Shown here piece by piece: positions 21,401 through 32,045 of a stretch of 64,000 bases of DNA (position 1 is the first letter of the stretch; the number at the start of each line of letters is the position of its first letter). The notes under the pieces were generated by a model. That model searched no databases, had not been told where the DNA came from, and saw nothing but the letters and a program-made list of their open reading frames with translations. The position numbers and the translations under genes are program-made. This DNA is from Schizochytrium sp. TIO01 (taxonomy: Eukaryota; Protista; Bigyra: Labyrinthulomycetes), in contig SMSO01000005.1 of the NCBI GenBank assembly GCA_004764695.1, positions 992,001-1,056,000 on the forward strand, read 5' to 3'.

Positions 21401-21821
21401 GAAACCGCTACTGCGTATTTTCGCACCGATTCTTCCGAACCCTGAATCTCTTCTCAAGGGTGATCACACTTTGAAACGTTACAAGGCAACTCCATCTTCA
21501 ACTGTCGGTATTGCTCGTTTTGCGGTGAAAAAGCTACAGTGCATTGGTTGCCGTGCCCCTATTGACCAAAAGGGCGGCTTGTGTCGTAACTGTGAGAAGA
21601 ATCGGGAATCAATCTACCTGGATCGTCTAGCTGAGTCTAATGAACTTGAAGACCGTTTTTCGAGACTTTGGACTGAGTGCCAGAGATGCCAGGGCAGTCT
21701 ACATCAGGATGTTTTGTGCACATCGCGTGACTGCCCAATTTTCTACATGCGAAAGAAAGTCCAAAAAGATATTGAGCAAGTACAAGAGAAGATCAATCGC
21801 TTCGCTGAAATCGACTTTTGA
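18480..21821 (+). CDS. POLD1: DNA polymerase delta catalytic subunit
   Basis: SFDIEC exonuclease, LDFASLYPSIM, KVSANSVYGFTG, YGDTDS and C-terminal CysA/CysB (C..C / CQRC..CTSRDCPIFY). Confidence 0.98.
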   Translation: MKRVTAPSASGAVPTSDSPEAKRTKTAGDAMATSKKPKPTITEPVPQSGTAHGGGSQKEVTESDFASQLATAEDADLKMSLERPPLDGTELKNDIVMQWIDMDMYSGKPLESHPVPGEHVPGMRTGEVPIIRIFGVTNKGQSVMCHIYGVTPYFYTDIPSESFEESDLSKFREALNVRVSSAARMEGSCVVAVVIREKMNIMGFCDNKKSKYLQVMMSLPNLVPKARSILQNGFHCPGFSEKNYMTYESNVPFVLRYMVDNNIVGSNWLTIPKDRFRSRVEQSRQSRCQLEIDAVYEDIISHDPGLPEWAGVAPLRILSFDIECMGRRGVFPDPEQDPVIQIACYIKVQGEDHARGKVVLVLDTCLPIVGAQVQSFQDEKELLLEFTRLVQRADPDVVTGYNVESFDFEYLLGRAKALKIDSQFAQLGKLRNKVAKINKKTFSSAAYGTRENSEIEMEGRVVMDMIQYMYRNHKLSSYSLNAVSSEFLGQQKEDVHHSIISDLQRGTDEDRRRLAVYCLKDAYLPLQLLEKLMVLINYLEMARVTGVPIPYLFSRGQQIKVLSMLYRKCLQHDLIVPVLPRAGGEGGGDVSYEGATVIEPIRGFYDEPVATLDFASLYPSIMMAHNLCYTTLIPPGGEANLKEGEDYKRTPSGHLFITSQRNKGILPTILEELLAARKRAKKDMKNATDPLVKAVMNGRQLALKVSANSVYGFTGATIGALPCIPISSSVTAYGRDMINLTKESVEKKYTIANGYTADAQVIYGDTDSVMIRFGLPTVKETMKLGLKAAEELTKELFIKPIALEFEKVYFPFLLLAKKRYAGMYYCSSSEKPDKMDAKGLETVRRDTCGLVRTVVGTCLHKILVDRSVQGATEYAKETISALLQNKVDISLLIVTKSLSGKSEDYAVKQAHVELARRMQERDAGSAPVVGDRVPYVIIKAGKDAPAYMKSEDPLWVLQHNLPIDFDYYLQNQLSKPLLRIFAPILPNPESLLKGDHTLKRYKATPSSTVGIARFAVKKLQCIGCRAPIDQKGGLCRNCEKNRESIYLDRLAESNELEDRFSRLWTECQRCQGSLHQDVLCTSRDCPIFYMRKKVQKDIEQVQEKINRFAEIDF

Positions 21822-22358
21822 TTATCAACCTCAAGAAATGCTTCGCTGAGTCGACTGGCTCCTCATTTCTATCGCACAAGTGATCTTGAAGTATATTTCG
21901 CAAAGAGTTGGAAGTTCGTTTGTTCGGTGTTCTTTGCGTGAGTTTTTTTTGTTTGGTGTCCTATCGTAATTGTCATGTCCTTTGTTCGGTTTTACCCTGC
22001 TCATTCATACCTACCACTTTACCCTTTTTTTGATTTTGTTTTTCTTCCCTGCTTTAGTAAGAAGGTGCAGGGGGGAATAAATCTAAATACTTCTTTTATA
22101 AGTAGCATAGTAGTTACCTATTTTTCAAGTATCAGAGGTGCTCCCTCCTTTCCTGAAATTACTTCTCCCTCATTAGAGATATAGTTATCAAGTAGTATGA
22201 TTATATCAGTGCATTTGATAATGTCAGTGAAGTAGTTGTGATACCGCAAATCCATCTGAGTTTGATCAATCAGAAACATAAATTATAAAAAAATAAACAC
22301 TTATTCATGTCTTTATAAAAATACATATCTGATTGTGGTTCTTTTCAGTATTACACAT

Positions 22359-22976
22359 TTAGAAAGCGATATCTGCAACTTCAGGTTCAATAGCATTAAT
22401 AAGATTAGCTGCAACTTCTCTGATGCGGCCATCCTGATAATAGACAGTCATTGCTTTAGAGTCAGGCCTCTTTGCTTCCGTACATGCAGCGCAACCTGAG
22501 CAGCACTCGTTGCAACCTGGTCCCACTTGCGATAATGGCACAATGAGAACCTCCACAGCTTCGCTATGAATATCTCTCCGAGCATGTTTTCGAACAAACT
22601 GAACAAGGTTTGTCTCCCCTTCAATACTTAAAGGCACGAGCTTGGGCACTGGTTTGCCTTCTTTGTCCATGTATGCCAGTCGATAAGAGGATCTGCGAAC
22701 GCGGTTTGTCCAGAGATGCGGGTTCTTTGAGTGCTCGCACTCAAACAAAATTTCTCGAAAGAGAGTCGACCGTCTTCCGCCTGATGTGCCCGCATGCGCG
22801 CTACCAGCGTCGAGTTCTACGAGTCCACGAAATCTCTCAAAGCTACAAGTCGTGTCGTCCACGTGCACAAGACCAAGAACATCAGACACTCCGCCTGGAG
22901 AGCTACCGACGAGGTACGCATGCTCTTCTTGAATACTTGCAGGTGTTGTATAAAGGCGAACCTGCACAACAACCAT
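22359..22976 (-). CDS. Hypothetical protein with Cys cluster (CNECCSGCAAC)
   Basis: About 205-aa ORF from ATG 22976 with coding-like composition; no family recognised. Confidence 0.6.
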   Translation of the reverse strand: MVVVQVRLYTTPASIQEEHAYLVGSSPGGVSDVLGLVHVDDTTCSFERFRGLVELDAGSAHAGTSGGRRSTLFREILFECEHSKNPHLWTNRVRRSSYRLAYMDKEGKPVPKLVPLSIEGETNLVQFVRKHARRDIHSEAVEVLIVPLSQVGPGCNECCSGCAACTEAKRPDSKAMTVYYQDGRIREVAANLINAIEPEVADIAF

Positions 22977-23383
22977 TTTGGACAAAGTGGCCGTGATCTG
23001 TTTGCCTTATTTCTCGTTTGACGTTTTGGCCGTCGCTGAAGCGTATTGATCTATCAAGCGAATTGTTCACAACCACAGCAACGAAATTAAAATTAAAAAA
23101 AAAAAAAGGTGGAAAAGTGCCGTTAAGGTTCCATCTCTTAGCCTAGCAATTTTGGAACATAACATATTTCGTCAAATGCCGGAAAAAGTCGAGAACATTT
23201 TTTTCTTCAATTTCAATTTCAGTTAATTAAGAAAAAAAAAAAAGATTTACAAAGAGCGAATTTTCATGAATAGTAATATTTAGGAAGACGAAGACAGAAA
23301 GAGGAAAAAGAAGCCCTCAATTGAGTATAAACTTTCAAGCCATCATAATGACCAAAGACTGCTCACATGATCTTAATATCATT

Positions 23384-25216
23384 TTAGGAGGCATGCAAGC
23401 GCCGAAAGCGATTTTTCACGCGTAACAGAGGTTGATGGATGGTGTTGAAAGTTGCCGTAGCTTTGGGGTCTGCATCCGTCTGTTGCATATGAAGTTGTTT
23501 AGATTTCAAAGGAGCTGGTGCCATGAGGAGATCAACTTCTTGACGTGACATTACGCGTAGGAGCTGTTCTTCATCATTTCCAACGAGCTCTCGTACTAGA
23601 CTTAGGTCGTGAAGGACACAGAAACCGTGAATAAGCTGCATGTCCAAAATAATCAAGGCAGCTTCTTTCTTGAGAATTGGGGTCACATAACTCTCAAGAA
23701 CAATGCGACGAAGAAATGCCCCAACAACATGGAGATCCTGACTCGACATTGCTCCATGGACAACAAGAGCAAGGATCCACTCCAGGCCAAAGTTGAGGAT
23801 ACTTTCTTCGCGCATATATTCCCTTTCTAAGAATTTGATCATATCACGTGTGGGTGATAGCTCTCGAGAATGAAGAGGAACACATCGTGAGAGTGCTTCA
23901 AAGGAAAGCCTGCTAATTCGCAGGAAATCTTCATCGTGTGTATCGAGACAAAGCATTTCGCGGAAAATCCGCTCTCCAACTGCTGCCACAGGTGGGTCGA
24001 GAGAGTATTGAAGGCTTGATTCACATAAGATGGTATTGCACAGCGCTAGAGCATCTGGTTTGATTTGATCCAGACGGCAGTCCACCAAAGAAGATGATGT
24101 AGTCCAAATCCTTTTTAATGTCTCCTTGCGTATGTCTAGACTTTCATCTGCAAGAAATCTCTGGAGGGCAGTCGCAAGACGACCAAACGCAAGCTTTAAG
24201 GATGCTTTGTCTTGAGAAACATATTCAAATAACTCCACCATGGAGCTCAAGAGCGAGTTACTCATTTGTGTTGAAATGATCTTCTGAGATGATAACAAAA
24301 GGCACATCTCAGCAGCATCAACAATACGTACTGACGAGTCGTGGCTTTGAAGCACCTTGGTGACGAACTCAGTGGCAATATTACGAACAGTATCCCTCAA
24401 TATCGAAATGTCTTTCCGTGCAGAGCTACCAATATCGGAACAAAAAAACATATCAAGGCTTTTGTAAACTTGCAATGGCGGAAGCTTGGCTTTAACTAGA
24501 GTGAGCCACTCAACAGCTAGTTCAATCCACTTTATCATCATGCTAAGCACCTCGCCTTCTTCATTCATATCATCATCAGAATCTGTGCTATTTTCCGAAA
24601 CATCATCCATTTGCATGCAACTAGTAACATTGATAATTGAAGTAAAGACATTAAGGCCGTGGTACAGTTCTGGAAACCTCTGGCTCACTTGAAGAATTCC
24701 TTGAAGTAACGTTACCATATGACCTTGCACCAAATCCTCAGGCGCAAGTCTGTCTACAACTTGTGCCGTCGCAAACGAAACAGCAAAACCTGCTTTGTGC
24801 GGCGGCGAGTCGGCAATGTAGGCGAGTAGCTCTGTCACAGGCTCAGGGTCCCTAAGCACTACAACAATTGCCAGTAGCGTCGCTGCGCTTCGGTGAAGTC
24901 GCCAATTTTGTTGATGCACAGCAACCTTTGCAAATTTCAAGGCATGCAGTTCTAAGTCGAGCTCAAGCTGAGGATGGTCACGTAGCGCAAAGAGAACATC
25001 TTCGCTGGCCTCGAGAGTTTCCACTTCATTGGCTTCTGTGAGGATGTGAGTAAGTGCCTCGAGTAGCTCAGCAACATGGTCAGACCTTACCTTGCCAACT
25101 TCGAACGCATCGCTTCGCAGGGTATCTGAAAGTCGCCCAAGGTTGTCGCGTAGTTCCTCAATATCTACCTCTTCATACGCACGGAGCAGAGCGGCTTCGG
25201 CGCCTAAGGTACTCAT
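23384..25216 (-). CDS. Hypothetical alpha-solenoid (ARM/HEAT-like) protein
   Basis: 610-aa Leu-rich helical ORF. The fold is inferred from composition only. Confidence 0.7.
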   Translation of the reverse strand: MSTLGAEAALLRAYEEVDIEELRDNLGRLSDTLRSDAFEVGKVRSDHVAELLEALTHILTEANEVETLEASEDVLFALRDHPQLELDLELHALKFAKVAVHQQNWRLHRSAATLLAIVVVLRDPEPVTELLAYIADSPPHKAGFAVSFATAQVVDRLAPEDLVQGHMVTLLQGILQVSQRFPELYHGLNVFTSIINVTSCMQMDDVSENSTDSDDDMNEEGEVLSMMIKWIELAVEWLTLVKAKLPPLQVYKSLDMFFCSDIGSSARKDISILRDTVRNIATEFVTKVLQSHDSSVRIVDAAEMCLLLSSQKIISTQMSNSLLSSMVELFEYVSQDKASLKLAFGRLATALQRFLADESLDIRKETLKRIWTTSSSLVDCRLDQIKPDALALCNTILCESSLQYSLDPPVAAVGERIFREMLCLDTHDEDFLRISRLSFEALSRCVPLHSRELSPTRDMIKFLEREYMREESILNFGLEWILALVVHGAMSSQDLHVVGAFLRRIVLESYVTPILKKEAALIILDMQLIHGFCVLHDLSLVRELVGNDEEQLLRVMSRQEVDLLMAPAPLKSKQLHMQQTDADPKATATFNTIHQPLLRVKNRFRRLHAS

Positions 25217-26006
25217 GGCACACTACAGCTCCAGTCCCACGTGAGGAGAGGCCCAGACTTTAAGCAGACCAGATGGCGAGTGCCGCCAAGGTTGACAAGG
25301 GACTGCCCCTCGGCCACTTCGAGCTTCGTGAAAGCCTTTGTCAAGGCGTGCGCCTATTTCTTGAAAGGTCCCATCGATTCTTGCAGATAGCACGGGGCCT
25401 CAAAGGGTTTCTTGCACTGTAGGTGCGTCGCTTCACGACATCTACCAAGCTTGAAGAGAGGGTTAAGAAAAAAAAGAGGATAAGTAAAATTTTCATTTTT
25501 AGCTTTGAAAGTTATTTTCATGGAGCGCAAGTGTGGGAGGGCACACCTTTGATAGATGGCAAGAGCTAAGAATGCAACACCCCAGAGCCCTGAAACTGGA
25601 GAATATATTGCTGCTGTGCTCGTAGCTTGAAGATGCCCTGTATCTAGAGAGGTCTCTACTTCGTAGCCTGGCCTTGCTCCTCGAAGTCAAAAACTGGCTT
25701 CGTGATTGTCGTCTCGCTTGCTTGATTACTGCACACGTGTAGGTGTGTCGAAGCTGTATGTCGATGTACTTAGTGACATCAGCGCTCTCACAGCCATCCT
25801 GACAGGCTCAGCAGCTAGTGACTCCAGCCGTACTAGCTTGACCACCCCGCTTAAGGATGCCCTCGAATGCCACAAACAGTTGATCGCAACAGATGTAGAC
25901 CGTGGCTTCTTGGTTGACTTGGGTCCAATAGCAACGACGCGCGGAATTGGGAGTACCAGCATCACGATGATCACTTGTCTTTCAGCTTGAAAAATAAAAC
26001 TTTTCA

Positions 26007-26008
<2 letters not shown>

Positions 26009-26041
<33 letters not shown>
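26009..26041. repeat. (AAT)n microsatellite
   Basis: Direct reading. Confidence 0.9.
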
Positions 26042-27013
26042 GTAGGGTATACTATATATTAAACATCGTTTGATTAAAAAAGTATTTTTTATTTTTTTGA
26101 TTAAAATAATAATAATAAACACAGCAACCCATTTATATAAAAAGTGGGTTGTGCTGTTGCACTTCTAGAACATGAAACCGCCGTAGGAAAGCATTACGAG
26201 TTATGCAGGCCAGGCCATAATAAAAAGCGTTGGATAAAATCAGATAAAAGTTAATTATGATATATTTTGGTTGAGATTTTCAAATGAAATATACGCCTGC
26301 GCCTCCAAACTAGCGGAGAGCAGAGCTTGCAAACAGCCATCCTCTGTTTGGTCGCGCTCTCGAGGCGGCCCGCGCAGCAGAGCGGCATTGCCTGCAGTTG
26401 CGGAAGAACGCGGGAGAGAACGTCGAGTGTCTCTCACGTCTCGAGAGCGGTCCTTCGGCGCCAGCCGGGTTTGTGGTTGCTGGCATCAGCCTCATCGGCC
26501 GATTGGCCATCCATTAAGTCATCGCCGTATCCACTACGGTCGAGCCTGGCCTGGGCGTTGGTACTTCTCACAATTTACAGGAACCTAGTCAGACACCTAT
26601 TGTAGTCAAGGATTGTAGTGCAGGGCTCGCGAATAGCCTTAGTCAAACCGCGTATCCGCAGTCGATCCCTGAGCTGTCAATCAGCCATATATTTGATAGT
26701 GCAGATTTTTATTAAGGTTCAATAAGGGGCTCCGAGAGTCTCTTCCGCAAAAACGTAAAAGATTGGTCGAAGCTGTACGGGGGCCTGATCTTTGAGAATA
26801 TTCACTTTGGTGAGGGTACTTGTAAACCTGGGGGGGGACAAGCAACAAAGCAGAAAGCTGTGAGCACAGTGTCTCTGGGTTTGATATTGGTTGATTTGTT
26901 CAATAATTAGTTGTAAGAGCAACCAGTTTTGGACAAGGGGTCACTAGCGATACAGTTCAAGGTTTCAGTGAAGCCACTTCGTAGGCAATTTGAAAGGCAA
27001 GCGTAAGGCGAAG

Positions 27014-30000
27014 ATGGTAGCCAAAACTCCAGCCAAGATCAAGGCATCGACGCCAGCAGGAGAAGCGACGCCAGCGGCGATCCGCAGAACACCGAAGCCA
27101 AGTGTGACACCTCAACGCGTGCTTGAGAGCAGGCAGCAGTACAATGATCAGCGAATTGCGGAAATGACTGTGAAGGCTCTTCAAGACGCTCTACGAACTC
27201 TTGGCGCAGCAGTATCTGGCCGTAAAGCTGATTTGCAAGAGCGCCTACTGGACACCCTCGAGAGTCGCCCAGGGAGCCTTGCAGAAGGCAATACTTATCC
27301 AATGTCCATGAGCACACCTGGGGCTAGCCATAGTCTCAGTGCAGCTGTGCATAATGCTACGCCGATGCCGCTCTCCGGAATGCCCCCAGTACATACAGCA
27401 ACGCCTGTGGCAATGTCCAACCACGTGGCGACACCCCGGAGAGTACCGTCCAGCAGATCTTCCGTATCGTCGCGGTCTTCAACAGGATCAAGAGCAAGCA
27501 AGGTGATCCTACCTCCGCCCATTGCTGGTGCTGTTGACACAGTGTTTCGTGAGGAGGATGGTAGCTTTAGTTGGCGTGGTGTTGACATCAGAAAGTTCAA
27601 GGTTATTGAGCTCAAAGAAGCTCTTCGCGCATTGGGTCTAGATCACGGCGGCCTCCGTCTTAAAGCAGATCTTGTTGAAAAGCTTGAAGAAAGCGCTGTT
27701 CCACGTATGCTTAATCTTGGACCTCAAGCAATCCCTGCTACCCCGACACCTTCAGAGATGGAAGATGAGGCCGGCGCGGATATCCACAGCGACGAAGAGG
27801 ACGGTGAGCCCGAGGCGCAAAGCGACAACAAACGTTTGGGCGAAAGGGGCCAAGACGGACCTGTCAATGAACCTAGATTACAGGTTAACGAGAAAGCGCC
27901 CACCCCATTCAAACCACCAGCTCCGCGTCGAACAGGTCCCGGTTCGAGGGTAAAATCTGCAAACAAGGTGAAGCCTCAAGAAGCTGGACTTGATGAAAGT
28001 GTTCCCTCGGCAGCAACCTCATCTGAAACTGCTATTGATGGGCCCGTTCCAGTTTCTAGTGTAGTTACTCCTGGAACGCGCAAAACAGGACCACGGAGGC
28101 GATCACTAAACAATGAGGATTCTACTGAATCTTCACTTAAAGCTGCAGAAACAGGCAGTGTGTCAGACGACGAAGTCGAGAGCGAAGAAGAACAAGAAGA
28201 AGTAGAGGACTCAGGAGAAGAAGAAAGTGTCCACGAGAATAGTGACAAAGAAATTGACAATTCAGAGGAGGATGAGGTTCAACTAAAAGTAGCTGCTGAA
28301 TCTGATGAACAGTCAAAATCACCAATGTCGTCACGACCTGAATCGCCACTTGCGGCAGGATCTCCATCGCAAGAGGAGTATACCAGCTCGCCTGCACTTC
28401 CTGAGGCCAAAGAAATTAAGAACAATGAGGATGACCTTGAAGTGTCACCCCATATTGTCAATGACGTCACACCTCGAGCACTTCAACGGAAAGATTCCGA
28501 GAGTGTGGTGCGTAAGACAGGGCGTCGTACCGGCCCACGTTCCGCCAAGAAGTTTCAAGCTGGTATGAACTCACCTGAATCACTTGAAGAGTTGAGTAGC
28601 TCAGAGTCGTCTTCCGAAAGCGAGAATTCCTCCGAAGAGCATGAAGAGCTCTTGGCTGCGTCTGATGTTGATGATGTTGATGTCCATGATGTTAATGCTG
28701 ATAATATTGTAGAAGTCAACGAAACAGAGGAACAAGAAAAAGACGATGGAGAAGAGCAAGAAGTGGAGGAAGATGCAGGTCAAAAGCAGAAGGAAAAGGA
28801 GGACGTAGACCAAGGGCAAGTTGTAGAAGAAGACGAGGGAGAGGAAGTAGAAGAAGACGAGGAGGAACGAAAGGAAGAACATGTCGAGGAAGAAGAGGAG
28901 GAACATGAAGAAGAAGAAGAAGAAGAAGAAGAAGAAGAAGAAGAAGAGGAAGAACATGTCGAGGAAGAGAAGCCCCAACCTGCTGTGGCTATTCCTGCTA
29001 ACCTCTTCTCTGCTCTTGAACTTCAGCATGTACCGGAACTTTTTGCTTCTGCCAAAAGTCTTGATCTTGACGTAAAATCTCATGATCACAAGCACACGCT
29101 TATAGAGATGCTTGCAACGCATCTCGTGCAGGAGATTGGTAAGATGACTGTTGCTGACATGAAAGTATACCTCCATCTCATCGGAGCGAAGATTTCTGGA
29201 CGCAAGAATGAACTTTCTGAACGCCTTACCACTTTTCTGAGTGGTGATATTCGAGGAACTACCCTGGGAGCTCACAGAAAGCAACATCACGAGCAAGCTA
29301 TTGCATCGCCACGAAAACAACGCTCACAATCTTCATCCTCATCTTCACCCTCTGCAAAAAAACATGAGCACGTTTCTGGTCCAGAGGATATGGACGTTGA
29401 TTCGGATCATGACGAAGAAGATGTCGGCAACGATGAGGATGAGAACAAGAATAATGATAATAAGGACAAAACCAACGGACAGATGGAAGGTGATGATGAC
29501 CATGTCAACGTTGATGAATCTAACATGATTCATGATAATAATGATGAGGTCTTGAGTGGGGATGAGGCGGACCAGGCTCATGCCGCTGATGAGCAAAGTG
29601 ATCCTAGTGTACACGAGGAAAAAGAAATTGAGCAAAGTGTTTCAGAAAGTGAAAATGCAGATGAATTAGATGATGATGCTGCCCAAAATGTGATACGGGA
29701 CGAAGAAAATGTTATCATCGAAACTCTTTCCGTACAAGTAGACACTACTACACAGGAGTTACCGGAAAGCTCTTTGCCCAGCTCGCAGTGGACGCAAGCT
29801 GGCGTAAATGAGTCGGTATCCGAAGAGCGTGCACCTGTCGCAGTTGCCATTGCAGTTGATGAATCTAATGTGAATGATCAGCTACCGTCAACAATCTCCG
29901 GTGGTGTTCCCGCCGGAGAAGAGTCTCCAAGCCTCGTAGAGTCTGCGGCTTCTGCTATTCCGGCCCATCTACGCCCGCCGGGTTCAAAAACTGACAAAGC

Positions 30001-31594
30001 TCTCGAATCAGCATCTACCCCACCTCGTCAACACAACAAAAACGAAGCAGAGAACTCAGTAGAAACATTCTTTACTCCTGAAGAGGGTGAACATGGTGTG
30101 GGGTCAAACAGTGGTGAAGAGCTTCTTAGCGAGAAACCTCCAGCTGAGATTATCCCCCCCACTCCAGCACCGACAGGGCATGCCCTTTCGGGTAATTGGA
30201 GTGATGCTGCCGTGCCTGGATCTCCAGAAAACTCTGCTGAAATTCGGGCTGCTGCTGTGGACCCTGAGAAGGATAAAGAAGTTATTGTCCCAGAGACTCC
30301 GGCTCGTCCTAAGTCATCCGACCCTGGTAAGGAGATCGAAAGGTTGATGGACGAATTACAAGAAGATGGAATTACTGCAGACGACTTCAAGAAGTTTCGC
30401 GGTCTATTATCCAAGCTTGTTGGCGGTGAATCAAAGTCGAGCGGTAAAAAACGCAAGTCCAAGAGTGGGAAAAAGTCGAGCAAGAAGAAGAAGAAGCTAT
30501 CTGCTTCTTCTAAAAAGCGAGGCAAGCGGACACCGAAGGAAGCTAGACTAGATGACGATGATGAGGAGGCAGAAGAGGAAGAAGAGCCCATTCTCGGCAA
30601 CGAGGATGCTGCTGGCGCTCGCAAATCCAAAAAGAAGGAAAAGTCCAAAAAGAAGGAGAAGTCTGCAAAGAAATCGAGCAAGAAGAAAAAACGGAAGAAG
30701 GATATCTTCGCAATTGATTCCGGTGATGACGCTGTGATTGGTATTGGATCTCAAAGTGCAACGGCTCGAAAGCTGGGTCGGTCTCATGTGAAAGATTCTG
30801 TGCGACTAGTTGACGACTCCTTGAACTCTTTGACATCCCCTGCTATTAGGGCCACTCCCTATGCATCAATGCGCGGTTACGTAGACAAGAATGACTCGAT
30901 CTTTCCGGATAAGCCTAAATGGCGGGAGTCTCTTCTTTCGAACCAGAGCTTTGAGCAACAGTCGCTGCACGATTCTAATGGCTTTATTAATGCTTCACCA
31001 TTCACAAGCACGCCTAGAACCCAGTTCGGTGGTCCTCGTACTGTAGTTGGACAAACCGGTTATTCCACGTCCTCTCGCTCGCGTGCTACGCCACTCTTTC
31101 CCCGTTTCGAAAACGCTACATCGATTACAAGTCCAGCTGCGAGCAGTTCGTATCGGCAGCGAGGGGGCTTCTATGAGTCTGCAAAGCACGATCCCAGTGT
31201 TGTGGCACAAAGAGTTTTGAAGTCTATTAACCAAGAGTCGAAGGCGCTGTCGCGTGATGCTCTTAGCCACCACAGTCAGTTTGCCGCACCCAAGGCCCCC
31301 ATTCCGACAGTTGCAGTAAATGCAACTTCGTCACAACCTCTTTCCAAGCCGATTTCATCAAGCAAAACAGTTCAATCAAGCTCACGTCTTCCATCTTCAG
31401 ACTCCAATTTTGCAATACCTGACACCCCACCTGTGAAGCATCTGACAGTCAAAAGGGTAGGATCTGCTGTAAAGCCTACATTTCAATTTTCCCCTGCACG
31501 CTCGGACCGCTCACCAGATGAATCCAACCTTAGCATCGATCCCGTCCGTGATGAGGCGCTCGAAAATAGCTTTCAATTCCCAAGCCTTGAGTAA
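27014..31594 (+). CDS. Large disordered nuclear protein with 3-4 SAP domains, poly-Glu and Lys-rich tracts
   Basis: SAP motifs MTVKALQDALRTLGAAVSGRKADLQERL, FKVIELKEALRALGL...KADLVEKL and MTVADMKVYLHLIGAKISGRKNELSERL; many S/T-P sites; basic NLS-like runs. First ATG 27014. Confidence 0.85.
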   Translation: MVAKTPAKIKASTPAGEATPAAIRRTPKPSVTPQRVLESRQQYNDQRIAEMTVKALQDALRTLGAAVSGRKADLQERLLDTLESRPGSLAEGNTYPMSMSTPGASHSLSAAVHNATPMPLSGMPPVHTATPVAMSNHVATPRRVPSSRSSVSSRSSTGSRASKVILPPPIAGAVDTVFREEDGSFSWRGVDIRKFKVIELKEALRALGLDHGGLRLKADLVEKLEESAVPRMLNLGPQAIPATPTPSEMEDEAGADIHSDEEDGEPEAQSDNKRLGERGQDGPVNEPRLQVNEKAPTPFKPPAPRRTGPGSRVKSANKVKPQEAGLDESVPSAATSSETAIDGPVPVSSVVTPGTRKTGPRRRSLNNEDSTESSLKAAETGSVSDDEVESEEEQEEVEDSGEEESVHENSDKEIDNSEEDEVQLKVAAESDEQSKSPMSSRPESPLAAGSPSQEEYTSSPALPEAKEIKNNEDDLEVSPHIVNDVTPRALQRKDSESVVRKTGRRTGPRSAKKFQAGMNSPESLEELSSSESSSESENSSEEHEELLAASDVDDVDVHDVNADNIVEVNETEEQEKDDGEEQEVEEDAGQKQKEKEDVDQGQVVEEDEGEEVEEDEEERKEEHVEEEEEEHEEEEEEEEEEEEEEEEHVEEEKPQPAVAIPANLFSALELQHVPELFASAKSLDLDVKSHDHKHTLIEMLATHLVQEIGKMTVADMKVYLHLIGAKISGRKNELSERLTTFLSGDIRGTTLGAHRKQHHEQAIASPRKQRSQSSSSSSPSAKKHEHVSGPEDMDVDSDHDEEDVGNDEDENKNNDNKDKTNGQMEGDDDHVNVDESNMIHDNNDEVLSGDEADQAHAADEQSDPSVHEEKEIEQSVSESENADELDDDAAQNVIRDEENVIIETLSVQVDTTTQELPESSLPSSQWTQAGVNESVSEERAPVAVAIAVDESNVNDQLPSTISGGVPAGEESPSLVESAASAIPAHLRPPGSKTDKALESASTPPRQHNKNEAENSVETFFTPEEGEHGVGSNSGEELLSEKPPAEIIPPTPAPTGHALSGNWSDAAVPGSPENSAEIRAAAVDPEKDKEVIVPETPARPKSSDPGKEIERLMDELQEDGITADDFKKFRGLLSKLVGGESKSSGKKRKSKSGKKSSKKKKKLSASSKKRGKRTPKEARLDDDDEEAEEEEEPILGNEDAAGARKSKKKEKSKKKEKSAKKSSKKKKRKKDIFAIDSGDDAVIGIGSQSATARKLGRSHVKDSVRLVDDSLNSLTSPAIRATPYASMRGYVDKNDSIFPDKPKWRESLLSNQSFEQQSLHDSNGFINASPFTSTPRTQFGGPRTVVGQTGYSTSSRSRATPLFPRFENATSITSPAASSSYRQRGGFYESAKHDPSVVAQRVLKSINQESKALSRDALSHHSQFAAPKAPIPTVAVNATSSQPLSKPISSSKTVQSSSRLPSSDSNFAIPDTPPVKHLTVKRVGSAVKPTFQFSPARSDRSPDESNLSIDPVRDEALENSFQFPSLE

Positions 31595-32045
31595 TGGAAT
31601 GACAATTTATTAGTTAGTATTCGTATTTTGATGTTTCGCCGAATGTGCAAATTCTGCACTCTCCGATTTTCATTTCAAGAATTTTCTTACTCTATCTCTA
31701 GAGTTAAGGAACATAGAGAAAGTGATGTGGTTTTTGACATCCGAGTGATGAATCTTAATTTTTATTTTGTTATTTTCCCTCTTCTTTCTTTAATAAATCG
31801 CATTTTTGTGAACTTCTTCATTTTTATATTCGTAATAAGATGGGAAAAAAGAACAAAAATTCTATTTAGGGTGTCACTAGCTAGGTATCCTTCGAAAAAT
31901 TACAAATTGGTTTCTTAAATGAAACATTTTGATGTTGTGCGCTTAAAAACCTGGATCTGTTTTTATAAAGGCATAGTAGTTTGGGAAGAGAAAGGGGCAA
32001 ACGTGAAGCTTTGAATTTTAGATTAGATTTGATATCTGGAGAATT

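Noticed and set aside
18480-21821. Family B polymerase as evidence of an endogenous giant virus or Polinton near the Fanzor
   Set aside because: It has the CysA/CysB tail and overall layout of cellular Pol delta; no capsid, packaging ATPase or integrase genes were seen.
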